The notes: generated by a model not told the origin, from the letters alone. A DNA stretch of 64,000 bases from a virus (IMGVR_UViG_3300013280_000006:1-64000); one strand, 5' to 3'; positions 42,754-53,345 are shown, counted from the first letter of the stretch. Made by a program: numbers and translations.

Positions 42754-43692
42754 TCACGTCAGGATGAACCCGGTTGCAGCGATGGCGTTAGCCAGGGCTT
42801 GCATCTGTTGTAAGTTATTCTCGAGTTTTTGCTGTGCGAATCCCTGTGTTCTTACGTCCGTAGTTAGAGAGTTTAGATCAGAAATGATCTTATTTATATC
42901 TTCAACTGTGCAGCATGGTTCTGAGCAGACATCTTTAATCGTCAAAGCGTTATTTCCTGTTTGCACTGTAATACAGTTTACTCCGGTAAATTGGATATTG
43001 CCTTGACTGTTAGCTTGCTGCCCGTTGATCCGACGAATGCACGGGGCCTGCGTTCTATCCGCAGTAGACAAGCACCCGCAATCTTGATTGAGGTTGGCTC
43101 CGTCGATTGCGTTAAAGGTAATTTGGTTTCCAGAGACCGTAATTGTCATATTTGTTCCGGCGACAAGTTCTACTACTCCATAGATTGGATCCGAGACATC
43201 GCCTCCGTTTCGTACTCGTAGCCTGCTCACACCTCGAATGTCGGGGCGTATTACCGTAGACACGAGTCGACCGCCAGCGCGGTCAAAAGTAAATACTCCA
43301 GCCGTAGCGAGGGTTTCTTGAATGTCTCCGATCGTCACGCGCGCAATCACATCCGAAAACGCACCAGTGCCGTACATAAAGTACGTGGTATTTGGAGTAT
43401 GTGTCGAGGATACAGATATTCGACCAACTTCTGTAAATGTTGAATTATCTGCTGTGTATGCAAACGTAACCACGATTCCAAGACCGAAGACAGCAACCTC
43501 GCGGAGAACAAAACCATCTGGGTCGTATTGAGTGGCCGAACTGATAGGTATTACCAGGTCAACAATAAGACTATGTGGTAAGTTAAACGTATTCGTTACG
43601 TCTGTACCTGAAGCATCGTCTGCAAGTGGGTACTTGCGGAGGCTGTTCTGGTTATACCACTCAACCCCAACAACAGAAGAAAATGGAGGCAT
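42754..43692 (-). CDS. Baseplate/fibre-base paralog family E member 1
   Basis: WYNQNSLRKYPLADDAS..D....LP..LIVDL; GVVELVAGTN; CIRRINGQQANSQGNI; CSEPCC followed by a coiled coil. Confidence 0.6.
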   Translation of the reverse strand: MPPFSSVVGVEWYNQNSLRKYPLADDASGTDVTNTFNLPHSLIVDLVIPISSATQYDPDGFVLREVAVFGLGIVVTFAYTADNSTFTEVGRISVSSTHTPNTTYFMYGTGAFSDVIARVTIGDIQETLATAGVFTFDRAGGRLVSTVIRPDIRGVSRLRVRNGGDVSDPIYGVVELVAGTNMTITVSGNQITFNAIDGANLNQDCGCLSTADRTQAPCIRRINGQQANSQGNIQFTGVNCITVQTGNNALTIKDVCSEPCCTVEDINKIISDLNSLTTDVRTQGFAQQKLENNLQQMQALANAIAATGFILT

Positions 43693-43705
43693 TCACGAAG
43701 ACTCC

Positions 43706-45364
43706 TTAGACGGCGTCGACTCTCCAACGCATACCAATCAAACCGACATCGCCGCTATACCCGCCAGTGCCGTTTCTAGTGATCTTGAAGTATACGATAT
43801 CACCAGGGTTGATGGTTGGTGGAAGAGCAATGTCCGCTCGATAGTATTGGTTTGCCGTCAAGGCTACGCCCGTAACAGAGCTGGCAGCTGAGAAAGAAGT
43901 CGGTAATGCTGATGGGCTGTTTACAGACGATTGTCTTGGTATTACCAGATACTCTACAGCAAGCGTTGGGGTCGTACCGTTCACCCTGCCCAGTACACTA
44001 ACGTGTAGAGTCATGGTCATAGATGTCGGCAATCCAAGTACTGGTAACTGAACTCGCCCAAGAACAACTCCAGTCACTGTTTGCTTGAGTGCGAGATAGT
44101 AGACGTTGTTGTATTGATCAACGTCAACGTTATTCAACTCGACAAAGTCAATAGGGCCCTCTCTCGGAGCAGACCCGGACAGTACACTGAGTGTCAGTGC
44201 GCCTTTTCTGTAGGTTGTGCCACCGATCGATACTGTAGAGCCTCCGGTGATGGTGACATAATCCGGCGTAGTTGTTCTCAGCCCGTCCACGACAGGACCA
44301 AGCTTTGCGGTCATGCCGTCGATCTCTTTGACAGCCTGTCCGTTGAGAGATGACTCCTCGGATGCGACTGTAAACTTTAACTTGATACGCAGATCGCCAG
44401 TGGTTGCCGCGTTACCTTGAGAGTTCTTGATCTCCAGAGAATCTGAATCAGATGTCAGCGATGTCACTACGCTCGCATCTGTCTTAAAGGTCATCCTAGT
44501 AAAGTAGAAATCGTGCCTGACTGTAGACAGATTGGAAACACTCTTCCACCAGATTCCTTCGTCATTCACAAGCACAGTATCATTTGCAATCAAGTCAGCT
44601 GCAATACCGTTCACATCGTAATGAACAGCGCTGATTGGGATGGGCGGCCAAAAGAAGTCTAGAACCGGATCGTCTTCTATCTTATACCGATAGAGTGCAC
44701 CAGCCGGTACTGTGTAGCCATTCAGCGACGCAGCCGCCGGTGTTTCCCACGCGTTCAAGCTCGCGGTAAGCTGTCGGTGGTAGTGGACGTGACCCTCTAA
44801 TGGGTCTTTCCATCCAATATTTACCATCAAATATACATTGCCACTTAACGCATCGTTGTAGAGTGTTCCGATGGTTACACCAATCGGTGGGCGTCTCTGC
44901 GTCACGAATCCATCATTTCCCGTGGTGGCTGACAAAAACACAGGACCGTTCGTTGGTCCAGCAGTTTCACAAACCGCTGCAAGATCGCTGGAGGAAAATC
45001 TAAGGACTCCGTGAACGACAATGTTACCGAGCGTGTTATTGATCTTGCTCTGAACGATGCCCCATACGAACGACTTCTCTGCCAACGCACCAAAGTTAGA
45101 ACCTGTCGTTGGGTTTATTGCGGTTAATGCTGGGCGGAATACACCGTCAGATCCACGGTACAGTGACATGCCCGGAAGGACGTTGGCTCCTTCCATTGGC
45201 ATCTCTCGAAGAATAACAGCCGAGCCAATCATGGCCTCTGTTATTGCTTCGTTCAACGCTACAGTGCGCTGATCGAGCAAGCGTAGTGGGTTGTTGACCA
45301 CACCAGCTTGTACTGGCTGCCCGTCAGATATCAATGGAATATTTGCAGGAAACTGTAAAGTCAT
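43706..45364 (-). CDS. Putative tail fibre base / baseplate structural protein
   Basis: N-terminal VNNPLRLLDQRT resembles the N-x-P-x-x-x-L-x-x-RT start of phage tail fibres; beta-rich body. Confidence 0.55.
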   Translation of the reverse strand: MTLQFPANIPLISDGQPVQAGVVNNPLRLLDQRTVALNEAITEAMIGSAVILREMPMEGANVLPGMSLYRGSDGVFRPALTAINPTTGSNFGALAEKSFVWGIVQSKINNTLGNIVVHGVLRFSSSDLAAVCETAGPTNGPVFLSATTGNDGFVTQRRPPIGVTIGTLYNDALSGNVYLMVNIGWKDPLEGHVHYHRQLTASLNAWETPAAASLNGYTVPAGALYRYKIEDDPVLDFFWPPIPISAVHYDVNGIAADLIANDTVLVNDEGIWWKSVSNLSTVRHDFYFTRMTFKTDASVVTSLTSDSDSLEIKNSQGNAATTGDLRIKLKFTVASEESSLNGQAVKEIDGMTAKLGPVVDGLRTTTPDYVTITGGSTVSIGGTTYRKGALTLSVLSGSAPREGPIDFVELNNVDVDQYNNVYYLALKQTVTGVVLGRVQLPVLGLPTSMTMTLHVSVLGRVNGTTPTLAVEYLVIPRQSSVNSPSALPTSFSAASSVTGVALTANQYYRADIALPPTINPGDIVYFKITRNGTGGYSGDVGLIGMRWRVDAV

Positions 45365-45377
45365 TTATGGTTCGCTT

Positions 45378-45968
45378 TTAACTAAACTGTACACCCCACT
45401 TGATTCCAATCTGCATACCGTCCAGCTTAGTTAACGCTGACGGGAAGTAGAACCGCGCAAATACTATGTCGCCGCTAAATGCGTCTGTTGGCGTGGCTAC
45501 AAGTGCTCCGCCGTACACTTTAGAGCCAGCTCCCTGGCTGAACGCAACCGAATGGTATCCAGCTGTTCCAGCTGTAGCAGAGAAGAACCTTACGATATTT
45601 CCAGTGTATTTTGCAACATCAGACGAAGACCACAGCGGAGTCAAGTCTACCGGAGATCTAATGAAGTCTTGAGATCCAGTTAATCCAGAGTAGTAGCTTT
45701 GTCCTTCGCCAGGTAGAGGTGTGATGGACGGCACTACGCCGTTTGTGTACTCAAAGTACATCGTATTCACAATATACTTCGTGTCGCCACCGAGAAGTCT
45801 GGCAAGGATGTCGGCACCACGGTACAGAATCAAATTCCGAGGTACAGTGAATTGTGGAATCCACAGTCCAGAAGATTCCTGTACGTATCCAATCTCCATT
45901 GGACCGCCAAAATAGCCTTCTACTTTTGTAATTAATTCTTGCATGCTTTGTTCACTTAAACGTAACAC
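45378..45968 (-). CDS. Putative baseplate wedge / tail-collar protein
   Basis: Beta-rich 196 aa, FARFYFP...K....QIGIKW.VQF C-terminus like tail-collar proteins; synteny. Confidence 0.5.
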   Translation of the reverse strand: MLRLSEQSMQELITKVEGYFGGPMEIGYVQESSGLWIPQFTVPRNLILYRGADILARLLGGDTKYIVNTMYFEYTNGVVPSITPLPGEGQSYYSGLTGSQDFIRSPVDLTPLWSSSDVAKYTGNIVRFFSATAGTAGYHSVAFSQGAGSKVYGGALVATPTDAFSGDIVFARFYFPSALTKLDGMQIGIKWGVQFS

Positions 45969-47446
45969 ATTGACGGTAATAGAGTAATTGTACTCAAGTT
46001 GTAGCTTTCTCGCATTGATCCTTGATCAAGCTCCGCAAACAAAGTTGCCCCTACTTCTGTGGTGGCGTTATAGCTTGCGGTATACGACAGCGGAAGAGTT
46101 GCCAGTTCGGTTGCTAGACTCACCTCAACATCAAATATAAACAAAACGTGAGCTGGGGATATCTTGCGTAGAAATACCAGATTACTGGAATTGTTTAGTA
46201 AGAACTCATCGGTACTCTTTAGTTTAATGAGTATCGAGTTTCCAGGAATCATGTAGTCTGTGTAGAAATGAAATGGATTTACTACGGCTTGAACCTGATC
46301 AGATCGAGGCTGCCCTGTGCCTGGTTGAGTTCTTATCGCCTGAGCAACAGACTTTCCAGAAGCCTTGCTGCGTGTGTAAACCTCATCCCAGAATTTATTT
46401 ACGTCTGACTGAACTCCGCTGATTGGAAACGTGACCACGGCAAAGCCGTCATCGTCTTGTGAATAATTAATTGAGTGATTCTCGTTGTCGAAAAACAGAA
46501 AATCCTTAAATTGCACCCCATCAAACACTGGCTGTACGAACACACCAGAGATATCAGCATTCTTAATCTGTGAGTTCTCATAGATCTTTACAGTATCTAC
46601 GAGTATATCTCCGATACTAACCACATCTCCGACCTGAACGGTCGCTATTGCAGAGATTGGAAAACTGTAGCGATTCTTGTCAGTTGATATCACTGTCTCT
46701 TCGAGGTCGTACTCGATCGAGGTCACAGTTTCGCCGTTTGATTTTACTACTGGAATTCCGACAATACTAGCGATTGCCGTTTGAACGCTCAGGCGATCTC
46801 CGGCTTTCATTATCGCATCAAACACAGTATTTACTAACGTTTTGTAGTGCTCTGAGCTTTTATTAGCGTACAACCCCAGCACATAACCAAAATGGTTATA
46901 CACTAACTTTGTGTCGACTTCTAGGTCATTCAGCCAAATAGATAATACACCTTCAGAGTCCACCGAAAACCCGGAGTTAAACGGATCTTTCGTAGTCTCG
47001 ATGAAGTTGAGTTCGCTGTTGTAAGTGAAGTCGACACCTTCTACCCAAGTTACTGTTGGCTGTATCGGTCGATCATGTATGAATTTAATCGATATTACAT
47101 CGTCCGGAACACTAATTCTCCATACACCAATATCCTTAGCTTGCCCGAACACTAACGCACCGCCGAATACATTATCCTCGCCAAACTCATGAAATTGAGT
47201 GCTGGTTTGATCTATCTCTTCGGTGGTTCTTACTAGCTTTTTCCATCGTGTTTTGTGAAACACAGGGATTTCGAATCTTGACAGTGACGCGAGCGCTTCG
47301 GCCGCATCGAGTAGTGTCTGCTCGAATACTTCTACCTGTGCGTCGGATATCGCGGTGAGTGGTCCTGTGTCCGAAAATACCCCGGACCAAAATGATCCGA
47401 GGTTACTGAGCAGAGTCGCTCCAAGATTTGACACATATTCAGCCAT
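45956..47446 (-). CDS. Putative baseplate wedge protein
   Basis: Immediately follows baseplate J; C-terminal LRKISPAHV motif like P2 gpI / Mu gp48-type wedge proteins. Confidence 0.55.
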   Translation of the reverse strand: MAEYVSNLGATLLSNLGSFWSGVFSDTGPLTAISDAQVEVFEQTLLDAAEALASLSRFEIPVFHKTRWKKLVRTTEEIDQTSTQFHEFGEDNVFGGALVFGQAKDIGVWRISVPDDVISIKFIHDRPIQPTVTWVEGVDFTYNSELNFIETTKDPFNSGFSVDSEGVLSIWLNDLEVDTKLVYNHFGYVLGLYANKSSEHYKTLVNTVFDAIMKAGDRLSVQTAIASIVGIPVVKSNGETVTSIEYDLEETVISTDKNRYSFPISAIATVQVGDVVSIGDILVDTVKIYENSQIKNADISGVFVQPVFDGVQFKDFLFFDNENHSINYSQDDDGFAVVTFPISGVQSDVNKFWDEVYTRSKASGKSVAQAIRTQPGTGQPRSDQVQAVVNPFHFYTDYMIPGNSILIKLKSTDEFLLNNSSNLVFLRKISPAHVLFIFDVEVSLATELATLPLSYTASYNATTEVGATLFAELDQGSMRESYNLSTITLLPSMCYV

Positions 47447-49131
47447 TACACACTCACATGGTCAGATGCTTGTACGTTTACCGTTATGAGCGACGAATCA
47501 GTAAAAAAGAATGATGTTCGTGGGCTTAGCTCTTTCGTGTACGCGCTTCCGGATAGTTTAAGCTCGTAATTGTTGAATATCCAGCCATCAGAATCAAACC
47601 ACGTCTCCTGTGCTGTACATACTCTCCACGGTAAAAACACTCGACCACGCATTCCAATTGGAGTTTGTATTCTAGTCCTGGTTGGTAGCAACTTTCTCAC
47701 GGATGATAAAATTGCATCAGCCGATAAAACACCAGACTGGAAATCTACCGCATGTACTGCATCGATGACTGCCTGCTTCACAGCGTCTACATCAACGTCA
47801 GGATCTCCTGGCCCACGTACGATACTTAGCTCAACCCCTACCATACACGGGATCGGGGCTCGTACCACGTAGTCACCGCCTACGTGACGATTTCCTCGAG
47901 CCAGTACGTAGTCGTTGACTTCGGCTATTTGCGGCATATGCAGTACTTCAACAATAAACCTCTTTTGATTGTCTACCATGTCGTCAGCATTTGTTTCTGT
48001 GAAGTACACAGTCATGGTTTGGTATCTCGTGAATACCAGACCACCGCCGTAATTACCATCGACGATAAATCTAGGAGTTATGTCAACTCCTGGAATGCTA
48101 GATACGTCTTCGCTTCTATGTACGGAAAGTATGGTAGAAGTGAGATCAGGTCGACTCTCAGGTTTAATTGATAAGATATGGTAAATACCAGACGGGTCGT
48201 CACCGTCTCTTTGAAATGTCATTGTCCACTGGCCGGTGTTGCTGTCGTAAGTAGCCAACTTGGTCAACTGCGTGGTTACTGGGGCTTTTCTGGTCCTGAC
48301 ATAAATGTCACCGCATCCAGCGGAGTCGATACCTAGAGCGTTCGCCCTACTTCTAACCATCTCACTATCTCCAGCTCCAATGATAGAAACATCATCAACA
48401 GCTGGAAATTGAGATAAGATCATCGCCTTGGCTGCAACTCGACTACCAAGATTTTTCGTAGAGATTCCGCCGACTAGCCGTTCCATCAGCTGTTCATTTG
48501 ATTCAGTATCGGAGCCGCCGTCAAAGTCAGAAACTGCCACAGCCGACACTACGCCAGGGACGTTACCAGATAACGTGAATACAGTATTTGCACTCACGTT
48601 TCCATTTGTACCAGGTTCTACCGCAACTACATCAATGATAAAACTAAACTGATTCACTCCAAACGGTGTGATCAACCGTTGAGTCGGACCTCGCACCTCG
48701 GCTTCAGTTCTGACGCCGCTAAACGACCCCGTAGGAGCAAACACGACTCCATTGGATGAGAAGCGTAAAGAGTCTGCAATAGGCGTAAATCTATTCGCAC
48801 TTAAGATGATGCGAACCTGTCCACCTGCGTTCGTGCCTTGCTTCCTCTCTACAAGATAGTTACTGGCTAGATTATTTAGAGCGGTTTCGTCTGCTAGTGT
48901 TGGATTCTCTGTGGCCGTTTTCAGAGAAGTAGCACTAAGTACACGATTAATGTTTTGCTGATTCAATCCGTGATATTGGGCGGCCAGACGAACTACGAAC
49001 TGAAACAATACCGAACTCGGACTTAAGTCGAGGTTTGGCTCTACAGCTTTTATGAAATCAACTAGAAAGCTCTCAATCTCAGAAACAGTTGTTGGTTCTA
49101 GTGATTCAAAGTCTTCAATGAGTACTGGCAT
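47446..49131 (-). CDS. Baseplate J-like wedge protein
   Basis: DVVAVEPGTNGNV.AN...GGSDTESNE.L..R...K is the typical Baseplate_J core. Confidence 0.85.
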   Translation of the reverse strand: MPVLIEDFESLEPTTVSEIESFLVDFIKAVEPNLDLSPSSVLFQFVVRLAAQYHGLNQQNINRVLSATSLKTATENPTLADETALNNLASNYLVERKQGTNAGGQVRIILSANRFTPIADSLRFSSNGVVFAPTGSFSGVRTEAEVRGPTQRLITPFGVNQFSFIIDVVAVEPGTNGNVSANTVFTLSGNVPGVVSAVAVSDFDGGSDTESNEQLMERLVGGISTKNLGSRVAAKAMILSQFPAVDDVSIIGAGDSEMVRSRANALGIDSAGCGDIYVRTRKAPVTTQLTKLATYDSNTGQWTMTFQRDGDDPSGIYHILSIKPESRPDLTSTILSVHRSEDVSSIPGVDITPRFIVDGNYGGGLVFTRYQTMTVYFTETNADDMVDNQKRFIVEVLHMPQIAEVNDYVLARGNRHVGGDYVVRAPIPCMVGVELSIVRGPGDPDVDVDAVKQAVIDAVHAVDFQSGVLSADAILSSVRKLLPTRTRIQTPIGMRGRVFLPWRVCTAQETWFDSDGWIFNNYELKLSGSAYTKELSPRTSFFFTDSSLITVNVQASDHVSV

Positions 49132-49586
49132 TATTTAGGAGCTCCTACTGCAAGCGGCACAGTGTAGTCTCTGTTTACCCCGTCAGCGGTGAGAAGTCTG
49201 ATCTGCATAATTAGTGTTCCATCAAGTTTAGCAAGCTCTAGCAACTCGGCAGTAGTGATCAGTTCGTCGCTTGGTATATTTCTTACATCTAAGTTGGCGT
49301 TATTCCATTCTCCGATATTTTTAACTGACTCCGCGAATATACCGCGAATTCGATCGTTATCACCAAGATTAGCAAAACGTAGCTGCGTCAGAAATGGTGT
49401 TCCGAATGTTGGGTCAGAAAAAACAGTTCCACGCTCTGTTAACAACTGCGTTAGCCATTGCTGCACAGCTTTCTGAACTCCAGTAACAGAGAGCCCAACC
49501 TGGCCAAACGCCAGATCTATCATCGAAGGCTCCAAAGAGCCGACAACAGGTAAGTTCTGCATGATCAGCAAATCAAGTGACGCCAT
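49131..49586 (-). CDS. Baseplate wedge subunit, gp25/GPW-like
   Basis: LLTERG....DPTFGT.FL motif; position upstream of baseplate J. Confidence 0.7.
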   Translation of the reverse strand: MASLDLLIMQNLPVVGSLEPSMIDLAFGQVGLSVTGVQKAVQQWLTQLLTERGTVFSDPTFGTPFLTQLRFANLGDNDRIRGIFAESVKNIGEWNNANLDVRNIPSDELITTAELLELAKLDGTLIMQIRLLTADGVNRDYTVPLAVGAPK

Positions 49587-49992
49587 TTGGTCCGTCTCCT
49601 GCGAGTCGCTTGGCTGGTCCGGTCACACACATGTTTATCGGCCCATCTGGCTCACTCTGCCGCTGACGCTTGCTTGCCTCTAATGTGATGGCCCTAATTC
49701 GAGTTGTGTTCTCGGCAATGAAGCTTCTTTTCAAGCTGGCAATTAAGTCATTCTGCATCTTGGCAGATGCTCGTCCTGCTTTCGTTGTAGCAGCTAGAAA
49801 CAACTTGCCAACCTCTTCGGTGCTAAAAAACGTATCCGGATCTGCAACAGTCGGAGTCTCATCAGTATGAAAATAGTTAAGAGACGGTCGTTGCTCAGAG
49901 TCTCTTCCGATCAAAGAACCAGCAAGCTGACGATTCGCAGCCATGAGATAATCACCGATGCGTTTTTCAAATACTGAGGATAATCCAGACAT
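49573..49992 (-). CDS. Hypothetical protein in the baseplate operon
   Basis: 139 aa, coupled overlaps on both sides. Confidence 0.6.
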   Translation of the reverse strand: MSGLSSVFEKRIGDYLMAANRQLAGSLIGRDSEQRPSLNYFHTDETPTVADPDTFFSTEEVGKLFLAATTKAGRASAKMQNDLIASLKRSFIAENTTRIRAITLEASKRQRQSEPDGPINMCVTGPAKRLAGDGPNGVT

Positions 49993-50867
49993 TAGATCTT
50001 ACCTTCCATATCCATTCCGCGAGCTAATGCTGCGGCTATTTTATTGCTACGCTGCGATACTGCAGCTGAGGACAACTTTAGTTTCTTGGCTACTTCGATT
50101 ACAGATAGCGGTTTGCCTGCGTACGAGCCACGACCCAACCTCATATTGAAGATCTGCTTATCAACCGGATCTAGGTCATTATAGACATATTCCGCCCAAA
50201 CGTTTTGCCATTCGTTACTATCGACACCTGGAACATACGAAGAGGATTCGCCATCGTTACTGTCAATCAACTCAAATTGACCTTCATTGAGTACTGGAAC
50301 CGCGAGTTTTCTAACGTATGCAATTCTTTTCTTCGATATTCCCGTAGCGTCCGCTACTTCATCATCATCCGGTTCACGATTGTTTACACTTTTAAATTCA
50401 TCTATAGCCCGCAGAATTTTAAAGTTGTCAATCCTAACCCGTTCTGGCAACTTCATCGGTGTAAGCTCTTGCTGATACCTACGTAAACCTTGCATGTTCG
50501 TTGATACCCAACTCTTCAACGACGACTCATTGGCGGGATCGTACGATTTAATGGACTCGATCGCGATCTTCTTTGCGTAGTTTCGCATGATCGGGTTAGT
50601 CACCCCTCCGCCGAACGAAGTTAGCGCATTGTTGATGGTCGGCTGCAGACGCCTGAGAACACTGCTCATAGTCTGCGGAGATGGAGAATACTTCCACATC
50701 TTATATGAATTTAAAACTACATCGTCACCATCGATTTCGGCTGGTTTTGCTTTTGCTGCTGACGCAAAATCGCTGTTATCCGTGCCCTTACGCATGGACC
50801 TAAACCGAGTCAAAATATCGGGCGTATTTGGTTCGAGTGGCATATCAATTCGGCCTGAGTAGGGCAA
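49992..50867 (-). CDS. Sigma-70 family RNA polymerase sigma factor
   Basis: Region 2 AIESIKSYDP...SLKSWV; region 3 REPDDDEVADATGIS; region 4 LDPVDKQIFNMRLG...LSVIEVAKKLKLSSAAVSQR HTH. Confidence 0.85.
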   Translation of the reverse strand: MPYSGRIDMPLEPNTPDILTRFRSMRKGTDNSDFASAAKAKPAEIDGDDVVLNSYKMWKYSPSPQTMSSVLRRLQPTINNALTSFGGGVTNPIMRNYAKKIAIESIKSYDPANESSLKSWVSTNMQGLRRYQQELTPMKLPERVRIDNFKILRAIDEFKSVNNREPDDDEVADATGISKKRIAYVRKLAVPVLNEGQFELIDSNDGESSSYVPGVDSNEWQNVWAEYVYNDLDPVDKQIFNMRLGRGSYAGKPLSVIEVAKKLKLSSAAVSQRSNKIAAALARGMDMEGKI

Positions 50868-52875
50868 ATCCGGTGTTATCGCTGGATTCTGGTTGTGCTC
50901 TAGAGAATACTATTTTATCAGTTTCTGGTTTTAAGTCAGAGTCCGTCAGCCGAACAAGAGGGCAACCTATCCACCGTGATTGAACTGAGTACATTGGGTG
51001 CTCATAATTAAATACTTCGTTATCGATATCTTTATCAGTTCTTACGTGCGATAGCGCTATCAGTGTTGTGCCACGTCCGCTGGGAGCGTCGATCGACACT
51101 TCTACTGAACTGACACATCCGTAGAAAACACTCGGAGTAGTTGTGAATCTGTTTTGCGGTACGTCGAGCCCTTCTAGCTTGATATACGATCCTGGGCCTA
51201 TGTCTAGACGTAGCGGTGTCTGCACAACCATGCTTTTTGGCATAGCGTGTAAATGCGACCAATATGCCCTAGCCAGTAAGCACGACATTTGCTTGTAAGC
51301 AGTTAGAACTTCACCCTTGGCCGAGATTATAGTTTTTTTAAACACGTCATCGACTCTAGAGTCCGTATCTGATGCAGACACTCCTGCGGTCTGTAGTTGT
51401 TGCAACCAATCCGGTAGCTGCATAAGTAGAATTTGCCCGTTGCCTGATCCTATATACGCCGAGTTGATGTTCAGCGGAGAATCAGAGTTTATCTCTACAT
51501 TTCCAGCTGCTGGATTAAGCGCAGTTCCTGGGCTGTTTGCCTTATCAAATAAGTCGGACTCAGTGGAGGATCTTGGCTGAACACCTATAAACACAATTCC
51601 TGAGACTGACCCAGGAAAGTTTACCGTGCTATCAAAACTAAGCACATCACGTCTTGATAGGGTTCTCCAAATAGTAGTAGGGTGAAAAGTTGCATTCAAA
51701 GCAACTGTAGCAATGGATCTTACGTTGGGAATAAAAGCTAGTCGGAAGTTTGGCCCCAACATTAGCATTTTATCTAAAATGGATTGCGATCCAGTAGAAC
51801 TCCAACATGCTCTGCTTATTGCGTCTGCAATACTGTTATACAGTTGCGGGTTGGCCAGCAACAGATTCGCTGGAATGTCAGCTACTGGAATTTCCGCCGA
51901 GTTATTCATGTGATAACTGTAGTCTGGTTTTTTACTAAGTTGGGCGCTGTCTGTCAGAGCGATGAACCTCTCCGCTGGTGATCGGAATCCTATTTCTTTT
52001 GTCAATCGATCGCGAATGAGATACATCTCCGACTCGGATCTACACGGAAGACCAGTAAGTATCTCAAGCGCAGCCGCGTTACCTGGATACGGGCCATCTT
52101 TGTTTAGTGTGATTCCGTAATTGGCTAAAAACTGCGCTTTAGCTTTATCGGACACAGTACATTGATTATTCTGCAGCTGAAATAACACCTCGTTGAATAC
52201 GGATTCATTATTACGTCGATCAGAGTCAAACGGAAGTGCTAGAAGGACAAGAGACGGAAGAATCGCGTTATACCATAAATCCGCAGCTTCACCATCACGA
52301 TTTAAAAGCTCTCCGACTAAGCCGCCAAACGCAGCCGCATTTACTTCCACTGTTTGCTGTGCAACATCTGCCGTCAGAGACAGATTAGGTGCCACCAATA
52401 AGTTCGCAAGATCTGATTTGATAAAACTTTTAGAAATAGCGGCTCCGTAGTCTAAGCGTTTAGACCAGTGGGCGCTGTCGATAGAGATACTTGCCGATGT
52501 TGCACTTCGCTTCGGCTTTACTGCGATAATTTGACCATACCAGATTAGATGGATACCTGGCGGCCATGCGTTATCTTTTGAGTAGTATCCGGTGGCCTCC
52601 AGGTAGACTTCAACAAAAGTAAATTCATCAAGTTTGTCCACGACGTCATGAATTGCTGACGGTTTTTGATTCTTGTCCGCAGCTACACCAATTGCAATCT
52701 CCAGGCGGGCAGACGGCACGGTGCCGAGATCTGAATCAAACTTCATATTGAATTGTGTTACTGGAACCTCGATTCGCTGTCCAGAATCGGAAAGAATGAC
52801 AACTGCGTACAAGCGGTAAGATGCTGGTACTACAGTGGGGGCGTCCTTGGTTTGAGGTTTAAGTATGTTTGCCAT
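50845..52875 (-). CDS. Baseplate hub protein (gp27/GpD-like)
   Basis: LIWYGQI, C-terminal PLRLDIGPGS.I.L.......YG.V.SV...I...G.G.T.I.LSHVR pattern of hub/late-control-D proteins; follows the tape measure gene. Confidence 0.6.
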   Translation of the reverse strand: MANILKPQTKDAPTVVPASYRLYAVVILSDSGQRIEVPVTQFNMKFDSDLGTVPSARLEIAIGVAADKNQKPSAIHDVVDKLDEFTFVEVYLEATGYYSKDNAWPPGIHLIWYGQIIAVKPKRSATSASISIDSAHWSKRLDYGAAISKSFIKSDLANLLVAPNLSLTADVAQQTVEVNAAAFGGLVGELLNRDGEAADLWYNAILPSLVLLALPFDSDRRNNESVFNEVLFQLQNNQCTVSDKAKAQFLANYGITLNKDGPYPGNAAALEILTGLPCRSESEMYLIRDRLTKEIGFRSPAERFIALTDSAQLSKKPDYSYHMNNSAEIPVADIPANLLLANPQLYNSIADAISRACWSSTGSQSILDKMLMLGPNFRLAFIPNVRSIATVALNATFHPTTIWRTLSRRDVLSFDSTVNFPGSVSGIVFIGVQPRSSTESDLFDKANSPGTALNPAAGNVEINSDSPLNINSAYIGSGNGQILLMQLPDWLQQLQTAGVSASDTDSRVDDVFKKTIISAKGEVLTAYKQMSCLLARAYWSHLHAMPKSMVVQTPLRLDIGPGSYIKLEGLDVPQNRFTTTPSVFYGCVSSVEVSIDAPSGRGTTLIALSHVRTDKDIDNEVFNYEHPMYSVQSRWIGCPLVRLTDSDLKPETDKIVFSRAQPESSDNTGFALLRPN

Positions 52876-53345
52876 TAGACAGCCGCTGAGACAAGAGACA
52901 TTCGAAACTTAGCTATTCTTGTAGCCGGATCATCAATTGTTAGTTCCATGCCAACTAAGAAACCTGTTAGTACTTCTCCGGCCATATTGACCTGAACTTG
53001 TGGAATTGTGCTCTGCTTTAAAGTTATTTTGTTGTTTCTGTAAAACTGAAAAAATTGGGCTATGCCGACTTTGCCGCCGTCACACAGCTCTGGAAACGCT
53101 ATACCTGTAATAGTTATTTCTGTTGGCTTATCTCCGAATGCGAACAGGTAGATCACGTCATCGAGTGAAGGTTCCATTTGGTAATTAGCGGCTGCGCTGA
53201 AACTTATACCAGTGATCACCGCAAAGTCGGCTTCATCAAGATACTGATTGTTATCCAGTTTCAAACGAACACTTGCAGGATACGCACGTGTCGTAGACTG
53301 CACCACTCGTTTAACGCGATATTCTGAATCTAGAAATATGTCCAT
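52875..53345 (-). CDS. Tail tube initiator / gp19-like baseplate protein
   Basis: LFAFGDKP.EITITGIAF...GFLVGM tube-like fold pattern; position after the tape measure gene. Confidence 0.55.
   Translation of the reverse strand: MDIFLDSEYRVKRVVQSTTRAYPASVRLKLDNNQYLDEADFAVITGISFSAAANYQMEPSLDDVIYLFAFGDKPTEITITGIAFPELCDGGKVGIAQFFQFYRNNKITLKQSTIPQVQVNMAGEVLTGFLVGMELTIDDPATRIAKFRMSLVSAAV

Noticed and set aside
33749-43692. Diversity-generating retroelement or retron acting on the fibre genes
   Set aside because: No reverse transcriptase motifs and no adenine-specific TR/VR pair were seen; the repeats are whole-gene paralogs
47694-47709. Near match TTCTCACGGATGATAA to the palindromic motif
   Set aside because: One mismatch breaks the symmetry and it lies inside the baseplate J coding sequence, far from any start codon
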